From: an uncultured delta proteobacterium
GTDB lineage: Bacteria; Myxococcota_A; Polyangia; Fen-1088
Direction of reading: 5' to 3'
Length of the DNA stretch: 64,000 nucleotides
NCBI GenBank assembly: GCA_963767925.1
Contig: CAVYGB010000001.1
Coordinates: 160,001-224,000, forward strand
This document shows positions 1 to 9,849 of the stretch, in pieces (positions within the stretch are counted from its first letter, which is position 1; the number at the start of each line of letters is the position of its first letter). Under the pieces are notes generated by a model, which worked only from the letters and a program-made list of their open reading frames with translations, searched no databases and was not told where the DNA came from. Made by a program: the position numbers and the translations under genes.

Positions 1-1
1 C

Positions 2-349
2 GTGGTCCTCGGACAGCACGCCCCGCTCGGCCTCTTTCATGCGAGCGGCGATGATCTGCCGGAGTCGGGGCTCCTCGATGAACGTCGTCGAGCTGGCGTC
101 GCGGTAGCGCCAGAAATCCAGGCCCCCGACCAGCACCGCCTCGTTCAGCAGGTCCATCAGCGCGCCGGGGCCGTAGGTCGACACGGTCTGGCTGGCGCGC
201 GCCGTGCCGACGAAGTTTTGCGTGGTCGCGCCACCGCTCGCGCGCCCGGCGCCCTTGAACCACGGCTTGCGTCTGGGCGGCAGGCGTCCCGCCGGCGCGC
301 CCGCGTCCTTCGTGCGCGGCGCGGGCGTCTTACTCTTCGGCTGCGCCAT
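2..349 (-). CDS. drmB: DISARM DrmB (DUF1998 family), 5' part; runs off the window start
   Basis: Manual translation from the ATG at 349 (AGGAGG RBS upstream): MAQPKSK...GTARASQTVSTYGPGALMDLLNEAVLVGGLDFW...IEEPRL, matching the DrmB N-terminal RxSQxxxTxGPGAxxDL motif. Lies directly downstream of drmA. Missing from the ORF track because this frame has no stop in the window. Confidence 0.85.
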   Translation of the reverse strand, partial: MAQPKSKTPAPRTKDAGAPAGRLPPRRKPWFKGAGRASGGATTQNFVGTARASQTVSTYGPGALMDLLNEAVLVGGLDFWRYRDASSTTFIEEPRLRQIIAARMKEAERGVLSEDH

Positions 350-417
350 CAGGCATCTCCTCCTTCGACCTGGCCCCGATCCCGCACGATCGGCAGCAGG
401 CGGCACGGCCGGCGCGC

Positions 418-3400
418 CTACTTCTGCTCGCCTGCATCTCGTTGCTCCGCGTTGCCGAGGCTTCGCCGGGCGAGCCACAGGGACACGGGCGCCTCCACGT
501 CCCGCATCGAGGTCGGCGCCTGGAAGCGGGCGGCATCCGCATCGAGGGCGACACCGCTGTCCTCCAGCCGCGTGCGCAGCAGAGCCTGGCGCTTGCTGCA
601 GCCCTGATCGAAACGCGAGTACACCCGCGGCTGCTCGCCCTTGCTGGCGCCCTGGACGATGCGATCCCAGGAATCGAACAGAACTCCCGCACGCATGCGG
701 ACGTCGCGGGCGATCTTCTCCGCAACCTCGGGGGTCCCATCGACGGCTGCGCAGGTCGCGGCGCGCTCGGCGATCTGGTCGATGACCCGGTCGCGCTGGG
801 CGAGGTTGTCGCGGATCGAGCCGGCAGCGCCCGGGGTGATCAGCGCTGGCAGCCCCAGGCGGGTCATCGCCACTAGGGCGCCGGCCAGGCCCCGTTCGAG
901 GGCGGGGATGGAGAACGGGGTCACGCTGGTGGCCTCCACGTTGGCGTAGAAGGCCTCGTGGTAGGCCTGGAAATGCTCGTAGTGCGAGCGGTCGCGCGGA
1001 CGGTAGGCGTTGAACGCGACCACGACAAGGCCGGGACGGTTGCGGTCGCGGCCGACGCGGCTGGTGGCCTGGATGTATTCGCTGGTTGTCTTGGGCTGGC
1101 CGGCCACCACCATCAGGCCCAGGCGGGGGACGTCCACTCCGACCGAGATCATGTTGCTGGCCAGGGTCACGTCGACGGTCTGGTTGCCGCCATGGGCCTG
1201 CTCCAGCCGGCGCTTGGCCTCCGTGATCCGCTGGGTGCTCTCCCGGCTGGTCAGCTCGAGCGGCTCGCTGTGCAGGTGCCGGACCTGGAACCAGGGGCTG
1301 GGGCCGTCGTGATCCTCGGGCACACGCTTGTCGGCCTGCGCGCAGCGGGTGCGCACCTCGTCCTCGACAAGGCGGCGCATGCCGCCCAGCTCGCGCAGGC
1401 TGTTGAAGTACCCCACCAGGGTCATGTACGTGTCGGCCAGCTCGGGGCCGTCCGGGAGCTGCTCGTACGCCCGCTGCGCGGCAGTGAGCAGGGCGCTGTA
1501 GATCCGAAGGAGGACGGCCTTCACCGCCCGCCCCGGAGCGGCGACGCCCAGGTAGAGGCGGCCGTGTCCGCCCCTGCTCGTGGGCCCCGAAGAAGGAGTC
1601 CGAGGCGTCGATCCCGGCCGGGGGAAATACGGCGGACGGCCGGGCGAACAGCGCGCGGATCTGCTGGCGGGCGCGGCGGACGGTGGCCGTCGAGGCGATG
1701 ACCTTGGGTCGCAGCGGGCGCCCGTCGGGGCGCTCCCGGGCGCACAGGCCATCGACCGCCATCTCGTAGAGGCCAACCATGGTGCCCAGCGGGCCGGAGA
1801 TCAGGTGCAGCTCGTCCTGGATGATGAGCTCAGGCGGGCGCAGGCCGTCGGGCAAGGCCTGCCCGCGGGCGGCGTCGGCCGGTCGGTCCATGTGACCGAC
1901 GAAGGCGCGGCCGTCACGGGCCAGCACCCGCCCGAACAGCGCCGCCGTCTCGCCGCGGAAGGGCAACATGGCCAGCTTGTCGACGGTGGCGATCACGAAG
2001 CCGGGTAGCTCGCGGTAGAGCAGCTCGTCGATGAACAGCACCGGGATGCCGTCGCCGCTCGCCAGCGTGAACGGGCAGGTGCCGTCGGTGGACACGCAGC
2101 CGACCCGCACCTCCGGGAAGCGCACCCCCTCCTCGCGCACGTCGAGGCTGGCCCGCGACAGCGGCCGCTGGCACCACGGGCAGCTCGTCAGCGGGCAGGG
2201 GATGGCGTCGCCGGGTTGCTCCCGGTAGGCCTCGAGAAGCTCCTTCATCCCCTTGACGTCGTTGGCGGTGGCCGCCTTGCCGACCCAGAGGCCGAGCGAG
2301 AAGCGCACGCTGCCCAGCCGCCCCGGATCGGCTTGCCGCAGCAGCTCCAGGGCGCAGACGAGGGTGGCGGCTCGCCCGAGCTGGTCGAGGGTCAGCAGGC
2401 GCAGGGTGTAGCGCAGCAACACCGCCACCCCGAGCCCCCCGTCCGGGCGGGCGGCCCCGCGCAGCCGGCGCAGGATCAGGATGAAGGCCGCCAGCCCCAG
2501 GTAGGCCTCGGTCTTGCCGCCGCCGGTGGGAAAGAAGATCAGCTCCACCAGCTCGCGGTCGTCGTGCCCGTCGTCGGCCACACCGGGGAGGCTGAGCAGG
2601 AGGAAGGCGAGCTGGAACGGGCGCCAGGCCGGCACGACGTTGGTCCGGGAGCGGTCGCGCTGCTTCGCCTGGTCCGCCATGGCCCGGTTGGCGAGCCGGA
2701 AGGCCTCCCGGACCTGGTCGTCGCTGGCCAGCAGGTCGATCCCCTCGCGGATGCGGTCGCGCGCGCGCCGGGCCTTGTCCGCGAGCTGCCGGGCAAAACT
2801 CGCGCGCCGGCCGGTCAGGGCGGCGCCCTTGCCCGCCTCGCGCTCGATCCAGGCGGCGTAGCCGTCGACCAGGCCGGTCAGCGCCGCCCGCACCGCCGCG
2901 CCGTCGGCCAGCCCCGCGAGCGCCTCCATGCCCAGGGTGACCCCCGCCCCCAGGTTCTCCCGGGTCTCGACGAGGGGCACCACCGCCCGGGGCATCCACA
3001 CCGTGCGCGCGCCGATCACGCGCCCGGTGGCGGGATCGGGGTCGGCGATCGGCTCGGCGGAGATGCCGTGCCCCACCGCCCACTCGCGTTGCCCCCGGTA
3101 CTGCAGGTCCGCCGTGCGATCGTCCTCGTCGTCGAGCCGCTCGCCCCGCTGCTTGGGCCAGGCGACGAGGGCATGTGACGAGTCGATGGTGACTGCCAGC
3201 TCGACCTGGAACACGAGCGCCTGATCGGCCTCGCGCCCATCGAGGGGGCGGCGGCAGTTCACGATGAAGACCGAGAGCGCCCGGGTGCCCTCGGGGAGGC
3301 CGGGGGCGGGGAGGAGCTGGTATTCCACCTCGAGGCTGTCCGGCTGCCCGTCGCCGGCGTCGGCGCCGTCCCCGGTGGAGCCGCCCGGCGGGCCGGCGCT

Positions 3401-4033
3401 GCCCGGAACTCGAAGGCGCCCGGTCGTGCCGGTGAGGGCGATGGGAATGGACACGGGGGCGTGCGGGATCCGGCGCCATAGCAGGCGCGCGGGGGACGGC
3501 CCGCCGCCGGCGGCGTTCTCGGCGGCGTCGCCGGAGGCCGGCCCGGGCCGTTGCCCGTCTCGATCGCCGACCTGGCCCCTGCCGCGCCCCACCCCGGCTC
3601 CATGCTCCCCGTCACCAGCGTTTCCGCGGAAATCTTCCTCGGATTCGGGGAGGTAGTCGGCCCAGCCGAGGGTGGCGGTGACCCTGTCCACCCCGGGCGG
3701 TAGCAGCAACGACAGCCCCATCGACGCGGGCCACAACATTCGCCGCTTCGGTTTCTGCTCCTCCGGCTCGGAGGTGGCATCGTCAGTCCCGGCGGCCATC
3801 TCCTCGTCGGGCTCCTTGTCCTCAACGGGAGACTCGTCGTCCTCGTTGAGAACCGCCACCCGCCGCGCCTCCGGCGCTAGGAAGCCGGTCAGGTACCAGC
3901 GGGAGGGTGCCCGGGGCAGCAGTTCGTCGGTGTGGGCGGGTTCGAAGGGGCCGATCAGGTCGGCATGCAGCGCCGAGACGAACTGCTCGCGGATGGCGGC
4001 ACTGCGTGCGGCCCGGGTCGCGGGGTCGCTCAC
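418..4033 (-). pseudogene. drmA: DISARM helicase DrmA (SF2), with one apparent frameshift near 1571-1590
   Basis: GTG at 4033 overlaps the upstream TGA. The N-terminus reads ADLIGP...PSRWYLTGFLAP, then Walker A FFPTGGGKTEAY and LIIQDELHLISGPLG in one frame. The C-terminal motifs VGYFNSLREL, ELTSR, SNMISVGVDVPRLG, QPKTTSEYIQATSRVGR and RPRDRSHYE are in the 418..1776 frame. Removing one G from the GGGG run (cccc at 1571-1574) restores the frame. Confidence 0.85.
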
Positions 4034-5496
4034 GAGGCTTTCCTCTTGCCGGGCTTCGCGCGGCTGGCGTTCTTGGCCGTCGCAACCGGCTTCCGCGGCG
4101 CCCGTCTTGGGCTGCGGCGGGGGCCGCTGGTTTCGGACACCGCGGCGGCGGCGTCGGTGGTGGCCGGATCGTCCGCGGTGGCGTCTTCGGCCGCGGCGCG
4201 CTCGGCGTTCAGGGCGAACAGGCGATCGATGACCGCATCGCTGAAGCGCTCGAAGGCGGTCCGCTGTTCCGCCGTGGTCGGGGTCTCGAAGAGTGGGACG
4301 TCGATCTCGGACCATCCGTAGGCGGCCAGGACGGCCCGATCCATCTCCTCGTGCAGGTGCCGAAGCTCGACGATGGCGGGGTCGCGGTTGGCGGCGTCCT
4401 TGAGCTGATTGTAGGTGGTGGTGAGGCCCTGATCGCGCCCGACCATCAGTTTGGCACGAGCGTCATAGAGTCGCTTGCCAATGTCGTTGAGCTGGCCGGA
4501 GTTGGCGAATCGGTTCGAGTCGGGAAAGGGGAAGGTATCGAAGCAGTCGCTTGCGGCGTAGCGAAGGTCGGTCTTCATCGAGGAGGATAGGAGGCGCGCC
4601 CAGAGCTCATGAATGCGCGATTGGAGAGTCCCGAAGTCGGCGGCACGTTTGAGAATAAAGACGTACATACTTTCGGCGAATACGCGATCAGTATCCTGGA
4701 GTGAAAAACATAGGTGCTTCGTGACCCTCGATGTTACGAGGCATCGATCGTTCATTCCTAGAGCCGCGGTTAAAGCCGGTCGTTTGTCTGCGTAGTGCCA
4801 CCAGTACTTTCGGTGCGCGGCTCGGTTCACGCGATCGCGTTCCGGCTTAACTTTCTCACGAACGATATGAAGTAGATCGGGCCAGCGCTCCGCCTCTTGG
4901 AGGCTCATGTCTCCAAAATTGATCACGAAACGATCGAAGTCCTGCGTCGGGCTTGTGTTGACCTCCTCGCCCCCGAGATAAGGAAAAATGAGTTTTTCGT
5001 TGGCCGCATTCTGGCGGATCAGCGCCTTCCGTTCCTCGGGCGTCAACACGAAGCCCATCCCTAGGACATACGAACCCACGTAGCAAAGGCCCTTGTTTGC
5101 CCGGAGCGGTCTCGGGTCGGGACGCTCTTCTGCGTTCAGAAGCCGCGAATTGATATTGGTGACCTCGCGGCCATCGAGACGTTTCAGGAGCGCCGGCAGG
5201 TCACATAGATGGCCCTTCGCAATGTGCACCAGTGAAATCGAGACCGCAGCCTCACCTGGCCAAGGCATGTTTCGGACCGCATCATAAATTGCGCCGCTTT
5301 CGCTCAATATTCGTTGTAGCCCAGATTGTCGAGTATCGCCCTGAGCTATCGTCTTCGTCGCGACCACCTCGCGCGCCTGCGGCGTCAGGGGAGGAAAGCC
5401 GCGCGAGCCGGTCTGGACCCGGGTATCGTCCTGCTCGGCCAGCGTCTCGTCGTCGATATCCTCGCCGTCCTCGGTAACGTCCGCCGAGGTGGACAC
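4030..5496 (-). CDS. C-terminal half (TRD/MmeI-like) of a DrmMI/type IIG-IIL adenine methyltransferase; catalytic N-terminal part missing
   Basis: ATKTIAQGDTR..GL..I, WPGEAAVSISLVH, PYLGGEEVN, RFVINF, LQSRIHELWA, DLRYAASDCFDTFPFP, GLTTTYNQL and LRHLHEEMDRAVLAAYGWS are typical of Eco57I/MmeI-like C-termini. No motif I (FxGxG) or NPPY/F motif IV is present. Coupled to drmA. Confidence 0.75.
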   Translation of the reverse strand: MSTSADVTEDGEDIDDETLAEQDDTRVQTGSRGFPPLTPQAREVVATKTIAQGDTRQSGLQRILSESGAIYDAVRNMPWPGEAAVSISLVHIAKGHLCDLPALLKRLDGREVTNINSRLLNAEERPDPRPLRANKGLCYVGSYVLGMGFVLTPEERKALIRQNAANEKLIFPYLGGEEVNTSPTQDFDRFVINFGDMSLQEAERWPDLLHIVREKVKPERDRVNRAAHRKYWWHYADKRPALTAALGMNDRCLVTSRVTKHLCFSLQDTDRVFAESMYVFILKRAADFGTLQSRIHELWARLLSSSMKTDLRYAASDCFDTFPFPDSNRFANSGQLNDIGKRLYDARAKLMVGRDQGLTTTYNQLKDAANRDPAIVELRHLHEEMDRAVLAAYGWSEIDVPLFETPTTAEQRTAFERFSDAVIDRLFALNAERAAAEDATADDPATTDAAAAVSETSGPRRSPRRAPRKPVATAKNASRAKPGKRKAS

Positions 5497-5724
5497 AGGT
5501 CGGGCTCGTTTCTCAATACAACCTTAGCAACTTGGGCGCACCGGGGCTTCTGACAGCCCCATGCCAACTTGGGCTGTCCAGGGGGTCGAGTCCAATTGGG
5601 AAATCCGCGTGCAATGGACGAGCGAATTTCGCGGGCCTGATAACCGCCCGTTTCCCGGTTTCCGAGATAGAAGAACTGACCGCATTTGGATCACAGAGCG
5701 ATACGGGCTCAGAAAGGCACACAC

Positions 5725-5985
5725 ATGTTCAATCGAAAATGGGTCTTCGGCTCCATCCTGGGAGGCATTCTCGCAGCCGCGCTGTCTTTCGTCGCGACCG
5801 AGAAAACCGCTGTCGCTTGCGGCGTGAGCATATACGACGCGATCGGGGCGTGCCCGCAGGGGTATTGTGACTATAGCCAGGACGTAGGAAGGTGCCTATG
5901 TGCGCCTGAGTTCATCGGGTTCCCGTGCTTTACTACATACTGCAATTGCACCGAGGGCCGACGCTGCCGAAATCAAAGCTGCTGA
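5725..5985 (+). CDS. Small secreted cysteine-rich peptide (86 aa, 10 Cys in the mature part)
   Basis: AGAAAGG RBS; signal-like MFNRKWVFGSILGGILAAALSFVATEKTAVA followed by CGVSIYDAIGACPQGYCDYSQDVGRCLCAPEFIGFPCFTTYCNCTEGRRCRNQSC. Confidence 0.6.
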   Translation: MFNRKWVFGSILGGILAAALSFVATEKTAVACGVSIYDAIGACPQGYCDYSQDVGRCLCAPEFIGFPCFTTYCNCTEGRRCRNQSC

Positions 5986-6294
5986 TTTGACGTTTAGCCC
6001 AAGCGAGGATGCGAGGCTTGTAAAGCGAGCACGCTTCCTCGCATACGGGCCACTCCCGAAGTTCGTCTCTTGGTCTTGGGAGCGAACCGCGTGTGGTAGC
6101 CTCGCTGGTCTAGCGAAAGGTAATTCTGCGACGCGTCACGCAGGGCGACCTCTGCCGTCGGTGCCATCTGGCGAGCAGAATCGGCCTGCGGCTAACTGCG
6201 TGTCTCCAGGCGCGGAATAACGCGCCCACAGGTCTTTTTCCATTTTCCTGGTTACAACCCTGGGCTCGTCGAACTGCAGAAAGGAACGTCCATC

Positions 6295-7056
6295 ATGAAA
6301 CCGAGTTCGAGTCTTCCGAAATGGCTCATCCGTATCGGCCTGACCTGTTTGCTTGTGATGGTCGGGGCCGCCGGCGGGTTGGCCATCCGGTCTGTGAAGT
6401 CCAAAGTGCCAATCGAAGGTTTAGTTTCGGCCCTCCTGGACCCGCCGTTGAGGAGGGGAACCGCCTCGGCAGACAAGCAGGACGACCTGAAGACATCTTG
6501 CAATGTCCCGCTTCTTACCGTTTCCAATGACGTAGAGAAGGATCCGCGAAGCCCGCGCTACGATCCTGCCGCGCTCGCTTACCTCGGAGTCGAGCCCCGA
6601 GAGATTTTCGCAAAAGAGCCCCGCAATGGGCGCTGGGCAACCACGCTGGAATCGACCATCGGTCGGCAGATGCTCGCTGATGCCACGGTCATGGTTCCCC
6701 AGATCAAGGGCGGTGTCGTAGAATGTCGGACCAGAGCCTGCAAGGTCACCTGGACGCCCGGGACCCTCGAAGATGATAAGCGATTCGAGCGCGCGCTGGG
6801 CTTGGCCGGGCCCGCGTCGACGTATCGTCAGGTCCGTGAACCGGACGGGCGAAACGGCATCATATACCTCTTCCGGCCGGTCGAATACCTGCGAACCCAA
6901 TATGGTGATCGCGCCTCAGATTTCGACGCGAGCGACGCTGACGCTTACGCGAGAACATACCTCGCTCGCAGAGCAATGCTTCTGTCCGACTTTCGCGCCG
7001 GGAAGCGCAAGTTGCCACCTCTGATAGCTGACGCCCGGTTGCCGGAGGTGAAATGA
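6295..7056 (+). CDS. Hypothetical N-terminally membrane-anchored protein
   Basis: RBS AAGGA; N-terminal TM helix; EPRNGRWA..LE...VECRTRACKV motif of a kind recalled from myxobacterial hypothetical proteins. Confidence 0.65.
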   Translation: MKPSSSLPKWLIRIGLTCLLVMVGAAGGLAIRSVKSKVPIEGLVSALLDPPLRRGTASADKQDDLKTSCNVPLLTVSNDVEKDPRSPRYDPAALAYLGVEPREIFAKEPRNGRWATTLESTIGRQMLADATVMVPQIKGGVVECRTRACKVTWTPGTLEDDKRFERALGLAGPASTYRQVREPDGRNGIIYLFRPVEYLRTQYGDRASDFDASDADAYARTYLARRAMLLSDFRAGKRKLPPLIADARLPEVK

Positions 7057-7643
7057 TTCGGCGAATTGTATATGTCGTAGCGCCGATTTTTCTGGGTCTA
7101 TTTGCCGTTCTCGCCTGGCCGTTTAAAACGCAGACATCGCCGGTGATGTCAGAAGAAGTTTCCAGCGAAGCTCAGAGCAGGCCCGGGAGCGTTTCGAAGA
7201 GTCGAGTGCAAGCGACTAATACAGTGTCACTCGCTTTGAAGGCCGTTGAACTTGCCCGTCGGGAACCTCAAGCGGAGATCCAGCGACCATTGTCGGACTT
7301 CGACAGGATTGCGATAAGGGATCGTCGTGCGACAAATCTTAAGGGCGGGATCATGGACGCCATGGACGAGCGAGACGCTGTAGTCGAAGAGACCTGCCCG
7401 GGATTTTCAAACCTGGAAAACACGACCCTGGAAGTCGTATTCCAAGTGGAGGCGAGCCAGGGTAAGGCGGCCGTTCGGAACCCCTCGTTACGTGTCCTGA
7501 GCGGCGCCCCGATAGAGCCGAGCCTCGAGCGTTGCTACCTGGGCGTGATCTCCTCGTTCGAACTGACGGCGCGGCCCTCGAGAGACTTCCTCGACTACGA
7601 AGGGTCTGTCGACATCCAATCCGTGTTTGGAGCAAAACCCTGA
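7053..7643 (+). CDS. Hypothetical membrane-anchored protein, possible TonB-C/AgmX-PglI-like C-terminal domain
   Basis: ATGA overlap with the upstream gene; N-terminal TM; C-terminal domain with a Cys pair (ETCP...ERCYLGVISSF). Confidence 0.55.
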   Translation: MIRRIVYVVAPIFLGLFAVLAWPFKTQTSPVMSEEVSSEAQSRPGSVSKSRVQATNTVSLALKAVELARREPQAEIQRPLSDFDRIAIRDRRATNLKGGIMDAMDERDAVVEETCPGFSNLENTTLEVVFQVEASQGKAAVRNPSLRVLSGAPIEPSLERCYLGVISSFELTARPSRDFLDYEGSVDIQSVFGAKP

Positions 7644-7756
7644 GAATTCCGGCAGAGAATGCCTTCTGTTCGGTCGTCAGGTGGCATTGGCAGTAACAAG
7701 ACCGCTCTGTCGGCTGGTCCTGGTAGTTCTCGGGCCGGCCGCGTCGCCACTAATCC

Positions 7757-8683
7757 CTAGAGCTGCGCCAGCCACCAGGGGAGCGAGCGGTGGTACCAGG
7801 CGAGCATGTCGGCGTCGAGCTGGGCGGTTTCGGCGGCGCGGCTGGCCCAGCAGGTGGTGAGGGCGATGCGGTAGCGGACGAAGGCTTCCAGGTGGGTGGG
7901 CCAGGGGGCGGGGAGGGGGTGGCGGGCGAAGTAGTGGGTGAGGAAGGTGGCTTCGCTGGCGGGGGCGTCGACCTGGCCGGGGTTCTCCCAGGCGGCCTTG
8001 CGGATCGAGGTCACCGCCACCGCGACGTCGTGCAGGTACCAGTGGTGGCAGGCGTCGTCGAAGTCGAAGGCGGTGACCTGATCGTCGTCGACGCTGAGGT
8101 TGCCGAGGTGCAGGTCGGCGTGGGTCAGGCCGAAGACGTCGCGGCCGGTGGCGAGGCCCTGCATCCAGGTGACGAGGGTGCGCAGGGCCTTCTGGGCGGG
8201 GGCGGTGGCGGGGTCGTGGGCCTGCAGGGCGATCTGGAAGACGCGGTCCTCGTCCCAGTTGCCGCGGCCGCTGGGGCCGGTGCGCCGGCTGGCGTGCATG
8301 TGCAGGTCGGCCAGCAGGGTGGCCCAGCTGGCGATCACCTCGGGGCGGTAGTCGGCGGGCTTCTCGGCGGGGCGGCCGGGGGCCTCTTGCAGGCAGGTCA
8401 GGAAGACCGGGTCGCCGGCGACGCGGCCTTGCTCGCACAGGCGGCCGGCGGTCGAGCGGATCGGGCGGGCCACCCGCAGGCCGGCGCCGGCGAGGTCGTG
8501 CATCCAGTCGATCTCCCCCTGCACCTCGCGGGCGGTGCGGTAGCTGGCGGGGGTGACCCGCAGGTACACCGTGCGTCCGTCGCGGCGGGCGCGGAACACC
8601 TCGTTCGACGAGCGGCGCACCAGCTCGGGCGGCGCGCCGGGGTCGATCTGCCAGGGGGCGAACAGGTCCTCGGGGGACGCCAC
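7757..8683 (-). CDS. Phosphotransferase (APH / homoserine kinase type II family)
   Basis: C-terminal part of ORF 7757..10798: SSNEVFR, YLRVT, THADLHLGNL, AFDFDD motifs. GTG start inferred just downstream of the lactonase stop. Confidence 0.85.
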   Translation of the reverse strand: MASPEDLFAPWQIDPGAPPELVRRSSNEVFRARRDGRTVYLRVTPASYRTAREVQGEIDWMHDLAGAGLRVARPIRSTAGRLCEQGRVAGDPVFLTCLQEAPGRPAEKPADYRPEVIASWATLLADLHMHASRRTGPSGRGNWDEDRVFQIALQAHDPATAPAQKALRTLVTWMQGLATGRDVFGLTHADLHLGNLSVDDDQVTAFDFDDACHHWYLHDVAVAVTSIRKAAWENPGQVDAPASEATFLTHYFARHPLPAPWPTHLEAFVRYRIALTTCWASRAAETAQLDADMLAWYHRSLPWWLAQL

Positions 8684-8706
8684 GGGTGGCTCGCCGCTCC
8701 CGGGGC

Positions 8707-9837
8707 TCAGCGGGGCATCAGGCCGACGAAGGTCGGCTTGGTCTGGACGGCGGTCTTGCCCTGCAGGGCCAGGCTGCCGTCGCCGTTGATGCGGAAGACG
8801 AGCACCTCGCCCGAGCCCTGGTTGGCGACCAGCAGCCACTTGCCGGCGGGGTCGAGGGTGAAGTCCCGCGGCGTCTTGATCAGGCCGCCCGCGGTCTCGT
8901 GGCCCTTCGGCTCGAGGCGGCCGGCGGCGTTCACCTCGTAGATCGACAGGCTGTGCGACAGCCGGTTCGAGCCGTAGACGAAGCGGCCGCTGGGGTGGAC
9001 CTCGACGTGGGCGGCGGCGGTCTCGGTGGTGCCGGCCGGCACGTTGCTGACCGTCTGGGGATCCGACAGCCGGCCCTCGATCGGATCGAAGGCGAAGCTG
9101 GTCATGGTGCCGTTGGTCTCGTTGATCACGTAGGCGAAGCCGCGCGAGGGGTGAAAGGCGATGTGGCGCGGGCCGGTGCCGGTGGGCACCGTGACCTGGG
9201 CGGCGGGGGTCAGCTTGCCGGTGGCGGCGTCCATGCTGAACTGGGTGATGGCGTTGCCGTCGCGGCAGGGGACCAGCACGAACTTGCCGTCGCCGGCGGT
9301 CATGGCGTGGTGGGCCTGGGGGGCGGTGGCCTGCAGGTCGGTGGGGCCGCCCACGCCGCCGTCTTCCCGGATGAGGTGGGTCGAGATGTGGCCGCTGGCG
9401 AAGTGGGCCACCACCACCCACTTGCCGCTGGGGTGGACCGACAGATGGGTGGCGCCGGCGGCGCCCTCCACGGTCACCTCGTTGATGCGGGTCAGGTTGC
9501 CGTCGGCGGGGTTGATGGCGTAGGCCACGACCTTGGCGGGGGTGCGGTTGATGCCGTAGAGGAACTTCTTGTTCGGGTGCCAGGCCAGGTAGCCGGAGCC
9601 GGGGCCCGCCTCCACGGTGGCGACGGGCGTGAGCGCGCCGCTGCCGAGATCGAAGCGCAGCACGCGGATCTCGGGGCTGTCCGAGCCGCTCGTGTAGACG
9701 AAGGCCTCGGGGCCGGCGGCGGCGGAGGCGCCGGGCGCGCCGTTGCCGTTCTTGCCCGCGCAGGCCAGGGCCAGGGGCAGGGCGCCGAGGAGCCAGGTGG
9801 CGAGGAGGAGGGACCGTCGCGGGCGCTGGGAAGGCAT
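8707..9837 (-). CDS. Lactonase family beta-propeller (6-phosphogluconolactonase/cycloisomerase-2 like), lipoprotein
   Basis: Lipobox LALAC; GTGPRHIAFHP, AYVINE, GRFVYGSNR, TPRDFTLDP, LLVANQ. Confidence 0.9.
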   Translation of the reverse strand: MPSQRPRRSLLLATWLLGALPLALACAGKNGNGAPGASAAAGPEAFVYTSGSDSPEIRVLRFDLGSGALTPVATVEAGPGSGYLAWHPNKKFLYGINRTPAKVVAYAINPADGNLTRINEVTVEGAAGATHLSVHPSGKWVVVAHFASGHISTHLIREDGGVGGPTDLQATAPQAHHAMTAGDGKFVLVPCRDGNAITQFSMDAATGKLTPAAQVTVPTGTGPRHIAFHPSRGFAYVINETNGTMTSFAFDPIEGRLSDPQTVSNVPAGTTETAAAHVEVHPSGRFVYGSNRLSHSLSIYEVNAAGRLEPKGHETAGGLIKTPRDFTLDPAGKWLLVANQGSGEVLVFRINGDGSLALQGKTAVQTKPTFVGLMPR

Positions 9838-9849
9838 GGGGCGCCGATG

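Noticed and set aside
2..4033. Genuine DrmA-DrmB fusion protein
   Set aside because: The conserved DrmA C-terminal motifs are in another frame, and drmB has its own RBS and ATG.
5980..6000. attC right-half-like GCTGATTTGACGTTTAGCC
   Set aside because: No matching left half or stem; it overlaps the peptide stop and is probably chance.
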